Source: Corallochytrium limacisporum Hawaii | Lineage: Eukaryota > Protista > Pluriformea | Direction of reading: 5' to 3' | Length of the DNA stretch: 64,000 bases | Assembly: GCA_002811645.1 (NCBI GenBank) | Contig: PDIP01000086.1 | Coordinates: 42,133-106,132, forward strand | Shown here: one piece after another, positions 40,745 through 50,318 of the stretch | How positions within the stretch are numbered: position 1 is the first letter of the stretch | How the letters are laid out: every line of letters starts with the position of its first letter | The notes under the pieces: generated by a model | The model's input: the letters and a program-made list of their open reading frames with translations, nothing else | What the model was told of the DNA's origin: nothing | The model's database searches: none | Program-made: the position numbers and the translations under genes

Positions 40745-42140
40745 TGTTTTCTTTAAGACTCGTTCCCGATATTTACAGCTCAACTATAGATCCGGTTTCC
40801 ATATGTCTTTTAGTCGTTTACATTACACGTCATTGCTATTTCTTGTTCACTTTCTCGTTATTTAGTCCCTTACAAGATTCCAAACATAGTGCACAATAAT
40901 TTGTTTCTTTTTCATCTAGGATACGAAACACCTTCACACGTAATTCACAGAATAATACAACGTTTCGTAATACGATGTCCAACGTAATGTAGGGTCTATT
41001 GTACCGCATCGCAAAAATTAAATGACGCCCCTCGGTATCTACCACGCCTCCAACACCCGCCTTAACTGCAACTCATCCAGTTTTTTGTTCCCTTCCGCTC
41101 TCCTATTGTAACTGAGACCCGCAGATTCTACAGAGGAACTGATATATTGCTGCTGTCCGCAGGAGCCTGGCCCGTCAGTCCTGGTGGTTGCCTGTGGAGT
41201 ACTTTGAGAGAATCTCGGCTCCGTCAGAACTCAGCCAATTAGAACTGCAGCCTTGCTTGTGCAATCTTGTGGGTCTCTCGGCTTTAACTCGTCCCCCAAT
41301 TCAGGCAAGTTCTCCGCCCCCCGTAGTTAGAGCAAAGGCAGGTACAGATGTGAATTCAACCGGCTCCGAGCGGTTCACCGCAGGGATGGAGAGATTCTCG
41401 CTGCTTTAGAGTGGCGCACCCCTTCCTCCCGATATTACAACCGGGCTGTGCAAATTGCAACGCGGAAGTTTGAGAGGAATCTCACATATTGGCCGCAAAG
41501 TTGGCAGGAAAGTGTAACACAGAGATTTTGCTCCGAGACCGCTGTGGGTTCTCCGTGCTTGGGGACGGTGTTCCCTAACAACCTCTACCACCTCCAAGAA
41601 GTCTTCAATTCGCTTCGCATTCGGGAGTGTGTTGAGAGAAGAGCGTTTAGTGAAGGCAGATGCCTTCGTGTACAACGACGCTATCCAGGATTCTACACCA
41701 CTCACCCCTATTTGAATTCTTCTGCGCATGAGAAAAAAATGTTCCACAGCAACACCTAGTTAAGGGCTGAAGTGGTAAACACACCAGCACAATTTTACAA
41801 ACTCCCGGATATATAATTTGCCCTACTAAACTAGTGTACCACGGTACTGGATGTGCTGCCAGTTTCACCACACACTTCAGTGAGGACACGGTTCTGCGCC
41901 TGGGAAGCGGCAGTGCGCAGAAAACGGCTTCCGAGGATCGGGGTTTCACAAGCGCGCGGGTCTGATCGTCCGGACGGTCGCTGTTCCTTTCCCCTCTGTG
42001 TGACTCTTGCCTGAGAATTTCCTGGTACTTCGTATAGTAAACCATCATTTCGACTAATTCATTGTACATCTAGGTGCTCTGCGGGACAATTTGTAACCTT
42101 CGTTGTGACATGGGACTTGTGCATCTCAAGAACTTTTAAG

Positions 42141-44069
42141 ATGCCGGTCCAGGGCAACCATCTCACCATTCGCAGGATGGAAAAGGAGGACCGCGAAGTG
42201 TATGTATCCGTCGTGAACAATGGACACAGTAAGCATATCAAGCCCCGGCAATGGACCAATTGGGGGTTGAAGATGTCATAGGGCGCTCTATATTTGCCCT
42301 CATAGGTGAGGTTGATGGAAATCCATGCTGTGTGGCACTGTTCCGTGACCACCCGAACGAGGATGAGGCCCCGAGGAATTCCTGGTCGGATTGGGAAAAA
42401 TTCAAAGGTATCGAAGAGTTTGCGAATTTCACAGCAGAAGATGTTGTATGGATAGGCGTTGCCTCAGGATCGTATGGGAATTTCCGTGAATTTATGTACA
42501 AGGCCGCCAATTGCATGTTCGACAGCATCACCCGTGCGAGAGCAGTCGTGTGCCTCGGGCTGGACTCCTCGGGACTTTTGAACGTGGTGCTTCTTTCATT
42601 GTGATAAATCGCAATGAATTTATATCAGCTAGCCGTATTCGTCAAGCACGTATGCAAGACTACGACGACATGATGCTATTGGTCAAGACCCAGGGCTCCT
42701 CACTAATGCGAGAATATGGCGAATTCTTCTTTAGCGACACTATTGATTTCGAAGACGATAAGAACATCTGCCTCGTCTGTGAGAAAGAGGGCAAAATAAT
42801 TGGTCTCCTGGTAGCCACCATCGATGTAGCCTGGGAGAAGTGGAAAAGGACTATGACCTAGAATGCTTTGATAGTCTGTGCGTCTTTAACGAATCCAAAG
42901 ACGTGCCCGCTGCTGCAGACCCGGCGCCTCTCGGCAAGTTCCGTGACCACCTAAGTCCTACTCCTTATGCCGGATCGATGTCGGATCTTAAGAAAGGCAG
43001 TGCAGCATCCATCAATAAACTGATGGTCTTGTCAAATTCAAACTTGGTCCCGAGCAGTCGGCTAAGCAGTCGGTGCGATCTTCAGGCGGACAATGGCAGT
43101 CGAGCCGATCTCAACGCTACCCACGAAGTCGATAGCACGGGCTGGTGGGTGCCTTCATTTATCGTTATTTCTCTGCTGCTCGTGGACCAATTTTATAATC
43201 AGACCAATGGTTTTCTGCACAGTGTCTTCAGTCTCGTCCCGGAGAAGCACTTTGTCGGTGATTAGTCTACCCTACGATGCTGAAGTGCCCTATATGCTCC
43301 ATCAATTCACACTTATCCCTGCACGTCCCGACCGCACTGCTTCTCAGGCGCTCTACGTCTTCCATTGCTTTGGCCTTGATAACACGGTTTGTGTCCATGA
43401 GTTCCTAGACGGCCAGTTAGAGGATGTGAACGAGATGTAAGAAGGACTGGCCAATGCTGAAGAAATTATGTCAACGCTTCGCATGCTGCACGCTGTAAAA
43501 TAGCCAGTCCGACCTGGAAGGAAGCATCACGGGGCCCCCACGGTTGGAACATGGCACAGGACAGGCCTCATGAACTGGTCACACGGGATGCAGATAGTAT
43601 GTGTGGGTACTTCTCCCTTACGATAGATGAATTCGGCTGTGTGAGCAAAATTACTTGTATCACAGAGAACTGTGAGATCTACTTCGAGGAGTTATCCAAT
43701 TTGCATGGTTTTCCCGCATCGTATCTGAACCGCGTCTGGGAGCGCTTCTCTGAGGACTTGATCGCCGATTTCTTCGAGCATTTTGCAGAGCCCTGGGCGA
43801 GTGCCTTATACCAGGACCGTTTCGGCGTAGTGCGCCAAGACGTTGAGAAAGGCCTGGCCATGCTCTCCCTGCTTACCTACGAAGAGGTTCTTGGAACCAT
43901 AAAGAACGAACTAGATGACAACAACAACGTCTGCGATGAGAAACAGAGAAAACTGTTGGGAAAATTGACGAGCAAGGACGTCGTTGCCCACATCTACCTC
44001 ATGATGTTCTCATAGCTAGAACCGAATGCAGATCACCTGCCCATGTACAAACGTCCTGGGTACGAGTGA
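42141..44069 (+). pseudogene. CFAP61: CFAP61 (radial-spoke-associated CSC component) pseudogene with frameshifts, stops and a large internal deletion
   Basis: TIRRMEKED; ALFRDHPN; IRQARMQDYDDMMLL..LMREYGEFFFSDTI..EDDKNICLVCEKEGKIIGLL~VRKARVEDHDDLMPI..LKETYGEYFLAELI..; FLHSVFSLVPEKHF/VISLPY..QALYVFH; then directly the C-terminal ELVT..YFSLTIDEFG..YLNRVWERFSEDLIADFFEHFAEPWASALYQDRF and *LEPNADHLPMYKRPG. Frame breaks near 42230, 42580, 42840, 43255, 43530; stops at 43438, 43501, 44013. Confidence 0.9.
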
Positions 44070-44297
44070 ACACGTTAAGTCTAGCACGACAAACCTGTTA
44101 GTGAAGCAAATACGCCACAAGCCAAACACTGCAGTGCCCTCTTTGATATTGCATTGGTGACTGTGCGCATAAGCGAACGGTCGTGATGAATTATACTAAT
44201 ATCTGATGTTACCTTTTGTTGTATCGGGAGAATGGTTCCGATTGTGTGTGCTGATCTCCAGTGTGTACTAGATTCTTCAAGATCGTGAAAAGCAGAT

Positions 44298-44717
44298 CTA
44301 CGGTTTGTTGGATCCCGTAGAATCACTCTTGGTATCTCCCGGTTGAACCGGGTCTTTCGCCCGTTCCCAGCGACTAGTTTCGTGGTGCAGCGCCTGCAGC
44401 TGCCCGATTTGTTCCTCACTGAACGCATTGACCTGCTGCATGGTCAAGGGACTGCCAAACTCTACAGGTTTGCTCTTGTCTGCTTCCAGCTTGGAGTCCA
44501 TAATCTGCAACTCCAGGCTGGACTTATAGTCTAGCCATCCCTTCAGGAAGGGTTCGATAAACTCCGGTTTGGCATCCTTGTGCCGTTTGAATTCATCCCG
44601 GACGTACTGATTGCCAAAATCAGCCATGGCTTTGGGCATGTGGTTGTTGAGGCGACGGATGCTCTTGTACAGGCTCAACACGAACCGACGGTGTCCTATT
44701 CCGCCGGGGGAAGTCAT
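44298..44717 (-). CDS. SDHAF3: Succinate dehydrogenase assembly factor 3 (LYR family, Sdh7/ACN9)
   Basis: LYKSIRRL..MPKAMADFGNQYVRDEFKRHK..FLKGWLDY..FSEEQIGQLQAL. Confidence 0.9.
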   Translation of the reverse strand: MTSPGGIGHRRFVLSLYKSIRRLNNHMPKAMADFGNQYVRDEFKRHKDAKPEFIEPFLKGWLDYKSSLELQIMDSKLEADKSKPVEFGSPLTMQQVNAFSEEQIGQLQALHHETSRWERAKDPVQPGDTKSDSTGSNKP

Positions 44718-45184
44718 GGTGGGCTGTGTCTGGGTACACCAAGTACTGTCTTTCTAAGTATGCACGAAAACAACGGGTTTTGATGAGCCACTATCCCCAG
44801 TTAAACATCAACAATGACCCGATCACACTTGCCAGTGAACTACGATGGTTAAACACTCGTACTCTCCAGGTTCGAATACCCTCTCGCCCACGCTGTTTCG
44901 ACTTCAGCTTGAGGGCCGCGACTTTGACAGACCCGCCCCTTCCTTCGGGCTTTCAGGGACGCTCGCCTAAATTCTCTACGAGAGTTCTCTTACCCCGTCA
45001 CTGTACCGGCCCTGGATCGACGGGGAACCCAGCGGGGGAACCCAGCGGGGTAAGGTCAGATATCAATTGCTTAGTACCAAAGAAATTTCCATACGCGAGT
45101 GGTTCCTATCAATCCCTCGGGAAGGCCACCCTCTTGTCGACTACCGGAATGTATTGTATCTGTTAGTTAGCATCGCTCTTCTTC

Positions 45185-47575
45185 TCAAATCGGAATGAGG
45201 GGATGTCTCTCGGCTCCTGCTGACCGGTCCGATGGATTGGGCTTGGGTGCTGGAAAGCGGCGGAGGGCCCGCTCCACTCGGTCTTTCACGCTCTTGTCCA
45301 CGCTAATAGCAGCAATGTACTGCTCCCATTCCTGGAGGTGATCCTGATGAGACTTGCCATCCTCAGCCAATGTATTGCAACTGAAGAAACTTGAATTGGC
45401 CGCGTGGACAGACCCCCGACGAACGACAGGTTGATCCCAATCAGCAGTCTGCGATGCTTCGTCAGTCTTTGACTTTGTCGACAGCTTGGACAGCAACCTC
45501 TTCAACGAATTTGTCACACCATCACCGTTATGCTTTGCTAGTGAGACATTGACAGCAATGGCGAAATCGAGCAGTAGATTGTCACCGGTTGGATCCATTA
45601 GGGCTGCATTAGCAAGTTTGACCGAATCCTCGACACTGTAGCCGTGCGTGGGTGTTGTGTGGACATACGGTTTGAGCCAGTTTGTGTCAATCTGAAGCGT
45701 TGAGAGTGCGGTTATGAGCTTCAGTAGCTCTGGTGCTTGGAACGGATGCTCTCGACGCTGTGCTGAATCTCTGCCGTCGAGAATCGCTGGGACGAAACGG
45801 CTGGCTGTGTGCCCATCTTCGGGCCACAGATGAGACCAGGCCCACAGTAACTCAGGCATGGTGCGGATGGGCACAAATTTAAGTCCAGGCTGATCACAGC
45901 GGGAAGCCACGTTATCACGCAGCGCCTTTACGATGCGTGCGGCGTCCTTGTTTTCTTCCAAGTTCGAGCTCTGCAGACCGTGAGCAACAAAACCGTTGAG
46001 AATCATGCTGACTTCGTCAACAGGCATGGACTCAAACCTCCGATCACGGCATTTGTGGCAGAGTTCAGTGAGAAACTTCAATTCGCTGCTGCCTGAAGCA
46101 GTGAACGCACGGATCATCTTGCCCACGACTTCGCCAGAGATGTCCTTTTCGCCGAGCAAACGTGAACGAATGATTTGCAGCACCTCAGCGCCCCACCCAT
46201 CGTTCTCTGCACTCCTGCTTCCAATTTTCACATAGGCCCTTGCCAGCCCGGGCAATTTATATACGCTCACCAGTGGAATCGCGGCTTTGATCTGAGCTCG
46301 CAATTCCTTGAGCAGATGCCCGTGCCACTGCACTTTTCCAGCACTTATAGCCAAATTGCAAATTTGTCGCCGGCTCATTTTGTCCTGTGCCGCGATAAGA
46401 GACAGTTCAATTTGTCGCAGACTCTGCTCATAGACTCTGTGGTGCGGGAACAGTGTACTGACAACCATTGATAGCTCACGCACGTCTAAATGTTCCCTCC
46501 GTTTCTCAATGCTGCGCACGATTTCTGTGGCAATATCCCAAGGGTCCTGCAGTTCTGACTCCCGACCAATCATCATTTTGTAGCTAATCACCACGGACAG
46601 GATCTGCGCTAATTGCTTACCACTCAATTGGTTCAGACTCACTTTGCACAGTTTTCTGCCGCAGGCTGCAAGGAAGGCAGACGCTCGTGCTGTCGTCTCT
46701 GGATTTTTGCTTGCACTGGGGGCGATGCCGTGCCGCATGTACCACATCGCAGATGCTGTATCGTGCGCAGTGAGAATATCGAGGCGAGAGGTCAGCTCAC
46801 TGAAAATTTGGCCGCCAAGTACAGGTTCGAGTAAACCATAGGTATCTCTGGAAGTTCCGATGGCACTGGTCAGCGTCAAGAGTGTTCGTGAGTCCATATC
46901 TGCTATTTGTGCAGAGGCCGTGCTGGCCACTGTGACCACTAGCTGCGCAGTGTCCCCTTCGGTGATCATCGACATTCGCGATCTCTCCAATCGGTTTCCT
47001 TGTTTTCTGTCCATAGTCCAACCCGACGGTTCGGTGAGTGCTCGCAAGGCCATGGCCAGGTAGGCGGGCTTAAAATTGTGTGCAACTTTATCCCAGCGCA
47101 GCAGGGCCCGCGTACACATCGCGCGATCCAGGAGCCCAAATTGAGCCAATGCCCAGAGTGTAGTGCTGAGGTCGTAGGCTGTCATGTCATCCATGTGTGC
47201 GTAAAGGGAACTCTTCAACGGATCCTCCACCTTGTCTAGCGCTATGGATCCTTTGTAAGTTGCACAGCTTGAATGCTGCAGCGTCCGCTTCTTTCGCGCC
47301 AGCGCGTTCACTGTGCAAACTGCATATGTTCTTGAGAATGCTACTTTGTAGAATCCGCTAGTCTTTACGCCAGGTCCGAATTCTCCTGCTTTGGCGGCAA
47401 GCAATGCTTTATCCCATGATGGTGCGTTCAATATACTATATTCGTGTTCTGACCGCGGTCGTTCGCTTGCGCTAGAAGAACGACTCCTTGTGTTCGACCA
47501 AGCCGAGCTCTGTAATCGTATTTGCCACATAGAACCATTCATGGCTCTTCGGCTTAGGATGCATATCCTCGGCAT
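45185..47575 (-). CDS. Helical-repeat protein, probably mitochondrial RNA-binding (FASTK/HPR/OPR-like)
   Basis: R/S-rich presequence-like N-terminus; repeats such as MTAYDLSTTLWALAQFG, FKPAYLAMALRAL, MPVDEVSMILNGF, MPELLWAWSHL; no clear RAP domain. Confidence 0.55.
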   Translation of the reverse strand: MPRICILSRRAMNGSMWQIRLQSSAWSNTRSRSSSASERPRSEHEYSILNAPSWDKALLAAKAGEFGPGVKTSGFYKVAFSRTYAVCTVNALARKKRTLQHSSCATYKGSIALDKVEDPLKSSLYAHMDDMTAYDLSTTLWALAQFGLLDRAMCTRALLRWDKVAHNFKPAYLAMALRALTEPSGWTMDRKQGNRLERSRMSMITEGDTAQLVVTVASTASAQIADMDSRTLLTLTSAIGTSRDTYGLLEPVLGGQIFSELTSRLDILTAHDTASAMWYMRHGIAPSASKNPETTARASAFLAACGRKLCKVSLNQLSGKQLAQILSVVISYKMMIGRESELQDPWDIATEIVRSIEKRREHLDVRELSMVVSTLFPHHRVYEQSLRQIELSLIAAQDKMSRRQICNLAISAGKVQWHGHLLKELRAQIKAAIPLVSVYKLPGLARAYVKIGSRSAENDGWGAEVLQIIRSRLLGEKDISGEVVGKMIRAFTASGSSELKFLTELCHKCRDRRFESMPVDEVSMILNGFVAHGLQSSNLEENKDAARIVKALRDNVASRCDQPGLKFVPIRTMPELLWAWSHLWPEDGHTASRFVPAILDGRDSAQRREHPFQAPELLKLITALSTLQIDTNWLKPYVHTTPTHGYSVEDSVKLANAALMDPTGDNLLLDFAIAVNVSLAKHNGDGVTNSLKRLLSKLSTKSKTDEASQTADWDQPVVRRGSVHAANSSFFSCNTLAEDGKSHQDHLQEWEQYIAAISVDKSVKDRVERALRRFPAPKPNPSDRSAGAERHPLIPI

Positions 47576-48519
47576 TTCTAAGTATTTTAATGTGACTGAG
47601 CGGGCCTTGACCTATCCCACAAACATGATTAAGCGCGCTTCTGACTATGGTTGTTTATATGCCCAGCAGTCGATCTAAAAGTCCAATATAAACCGCACTA
47701 GACTTCTCTTCGCCCTATCGTTGTCTCTGGCTATTCCTTTCACTGATAAAATGATCACCCTATCTGATTCGCTCTGTGAGCGTCGACATAACGAGAGCGA
47801 GAACTAGACTGGTAATGGGCAGCCAGCCATGATGTACCTTCCCAAAGTGTGCGCAGGGGACTCAGTCACGAGGAACGGGCGGGTACAGTTTCTTTCGTTT
47901 TCCTCCATTCTACAATTCCCTGCGCAATGTCAAAATTTGGTAGTGAACGAAAGACTTCGGGTGGTCAATTAGACGAGTGAAAGAAAGGGTAAAACTGCTG
48001 GGCGAACGTCAAGACACCGCAATCTAATTGCTTTGAAAGGGAGCGAAAACTCTTGTTTGCCGCGTAAGCTCGTCAATGCAGGCTGCACTACCGTCTACGT
48101 TTTCGACACTACTGCCGTTGACTTTCTCGATCGGATGATGGCACGGGTCTCGATCCCTGTACGCTAACATACAAACCATCTTGTGTGCAAGCCCAGTTTT
48201 GGCTAACCGTCCTTCATTTGATATTGGAGGCCGCATTTGCCATTCCTGTGCACGACAGTCGCGTTCTGCATTCCAGAAGCCATGCACCCATCACTTGGCT
48301 GAGGTCACCCACTCTGGGGAAAAATTCGGGCACCCACCAAGCAGGCACAAACCCAGCGCAAGATTCCAGTAGACGGCTTTTGTGCACCCGCCTCCATACG
48401 AATCCGCCTGGATTACACAGTCCCCTTGGGGCAGGAGGCTGCGGGGGTTACTCACGCAGGTGGGAACAAAGGGGGAGGGGGGGGCTCCCTCAAAAACGCA
48501 AACCGATGTTCGAGCTAGC

Positions 48520-48556
48520 GGGTTGGGGGTGTGGGGGGTGTGGGGGGTGTGGGGGG
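48520..48556 (+). repeat. Canonical G-quadruplex motif G3-TT-G5-(TGT-G6)x3 in a divergent promoter
   Basis: gggttgggggtgtggggggtgtggggggtgtgggggg; a further G-tract lies at 48471-48484. Confidence 0.8.
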
Positions 48557-48881
48557 TGCGCGTGTATATCCAGTGTGATAGGACATTTCCGCTGGTGGAC
48601 TATGACCACCTGAGGACTCTGGATGTTCTTTAAAGGCTTGTGTATTGGAGGTTTGTGGACTATGTGAAACATATTTCAATATCCTACATGAACAGAGACA
48701 TGGTCGTAGAAACAGAAGAGTACGACACACGATTGTATTGAAAGTACACCAAGATTCCCAGCCAAAACCTTGGGTGGCGCCCAGAGTATGTTAGAAATCG
48801 TTATGGATCATCTGGGATGAATGACTAGCATCATGATGTAATTGGATTCACTGCGTGTATAATCTTTCTCAAGCAGTGAAC

Positions 48882-50207
48882 ATGGTGCTGAATCCCATTG
48901 GCTCCAGTGGAGGGCCCAAAGAGACCATGCACCAAAGATATGCGTATATTCGGATATTCCAAAGGGGCCATCTCATTAATCCCCTGCAATTAGAGTCGAA
49001 CGGACGGTGGCTATTTGAGCCAATGTGCCTGATTGTTCTACAACTCCTTCAGATGGTCACAATCTATTCGATTCATCTTGAGCGGTATGATTTTGTGCCG
49101 CTGATCTTGGCAGTAACCGTGTATTTCGTGCCACACCATTTGCCAGAGTATATAGGCTCATTCGTGGCCACTAACGAAGCGCCAAGCATAGAAGAATTGG
49201 ATAGGTTATTCAAGATGGGTGGATCAGGCAATAAGTCATCAAAACTTTCCAAGGAAAGGAGTGGGAAACAGCCAACAAAAGCAGATTTTTGGGCCATGCT
49301 AGGCATGACCGAGGTCATAGTTTTGATCTCTTGCAGTTGGTATGTGGCTGCTTGGTACGGTTGGAAGATTATGTTTGTAGTGTTCATGATTCAGGGGCTG
49401 AAACCGCTTGTATTTGGAACTGCCGGCATGGGACAGCCGTTGCGGGTAAGGATACCGGAGCCCGATCAGTCACGATTGTCATCATCTACGTTGGCCGCCA
49501 GAATGGGAGGCAAGGAAGACCCCTATGTTTGCTGGCTATCAGAATTGAATAAGAACAAACAGCACCAAGCGTGGCGACAACAAATTCCAGAAAACTTGGA
49601 AAAGAGCGTGATCCGTCATGCAGCGTGCTTGGTGATGGTGACCTGTTGTTATCATGCGCTCCTCTTCGTGGAGGTGCCTGTTTTGTGTGCCATGGAGTAC
49701 CAACGGGCTCATGGACTAACGATTGACTTCTACATCAATACTTTCCGGACCATGGTTGTCGTATTCCACACTGTTGTTGCCAGTTTGGTACTACAATTGC
49801 TGCCCGTGCTGGCGGCAGATGTTCTGGACATTGGTCTTGTGCTTGGACCAACACCAACGGGAAAGAAGGCGAAGGCAGCAGCGCGGAGACAGTGGCAGCA
49901 GGAACTGAACAACCGTGGAGGTCCGGCAAATGCTGCATCAAATCACTACCCTCTAGTTTCGCACCAGAGGCAGCAACCATCCCTTGGACTCTGGGATACT
50001 GATGTGTGTCTGTCACAGTGGACTCGTAAGGATGTCTACGCCGTCCTCCTGGGGCTACTTGGCACGGCAGCGGCGCTCCAGCTCACGCTACTCTACAACG
50101 GAGGGCCTGTGTTGCGGTTAGTAGTAGATTCACTGCTGCTGCTGCTCATTGTGGGTCTGACTTTGCTGGCCAGGCACTCTTTCACTTGCGGGAAGAGTGC
50201 GAATTAA
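48882..50207 (+). CDS. TMEM39: TMEM39-like multi-pass membrane protein
   Basis: WLFEPMCLIVLQLLQMVTIY; YHALLFVEVPVLC...VLQLLPVLAADVL resemble TMEM39 blocks; about 8 hydrophobic segments; first ATG at 48882. Confidence 0.6.
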   Translation: MVLNPIGSSGGPKETMHQRYAYIRIFQRGHLINPLQLESNGRWLFEPMCLIVLQLLQMVTIYSIHLERYDFVPLILAVTVYFVPHHLPEYIGSFVATNEAPSIEELDRLFKMGGSGNKSSKLSKERSGKQPTKADFWAMLGMTEVIVLISCSWYVAAWYGWKIMFVVFMIQGLKPLVFGTAGMGQPLRVRIPEPDQSRLSSSTLAARMGGKEDPYVCWLSELNKNKQHQAWRQQIPENLEKSVIRHAACLVMVTCCYHALLFVEVPVLCAMEYQRAHGLTIDFYINTFRTMVVVFHTVVASLVLQLLPVLAADVLDIGLVLGPTPTGKKAKAAARRQWQQELNNRGGPANAASNHYPLVSHQRQQPSLGLWDTDVCLSQWTRKDVYAVLLGLLGTAAALQLTLLYNGGPVLRLVVDSLLLLLIVGLTLLARHSFTCGKSAN

Positions 50208-50318
50208 AGAAGTGTGAAAGACGTGTTTCTTTCGCCAAAGGATGTGTACGAAAGTTTCATACACTCTTACTGAATCGAGTATTGCATATTGTATAGAAAG
50301 GACACATTAGTGTTTTCT

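Noticed and set aside
41406-42069. Minus-strand ORFs of 113 and 140 aa between the LRR gene and the CFAP61 relic
   Set aside because: No recognisable motifs; the region looks like a divergent promoter and 5' UTR.
42141-44069. Alternative genetic code, RNA editing or micro-introns as the explanation for the broken ciliary genes
   Set aside because: Intact genes end in TAA, TAG and TGA normally; lesions mix indels, stops and a large deletion without consistent GT-AG boundaries. Pseudogenisation is simpler, though cDNA is needed to exclude repair.
44869-44880. B-box-like GGTTCGAATACC (and GGTTCGAATTTCC at 21542) as possible tRNA genes
   Set aside because: No cloverleaf, acceptor stem or properly spaced A box could be built.
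48586-48830. Short reading KYTKIPSQNLGWRPEY resembling microtubule-inner-protein SQxxGW motifs
   Set aside because: A single short motif in a frame with stops; chance-level evidence.
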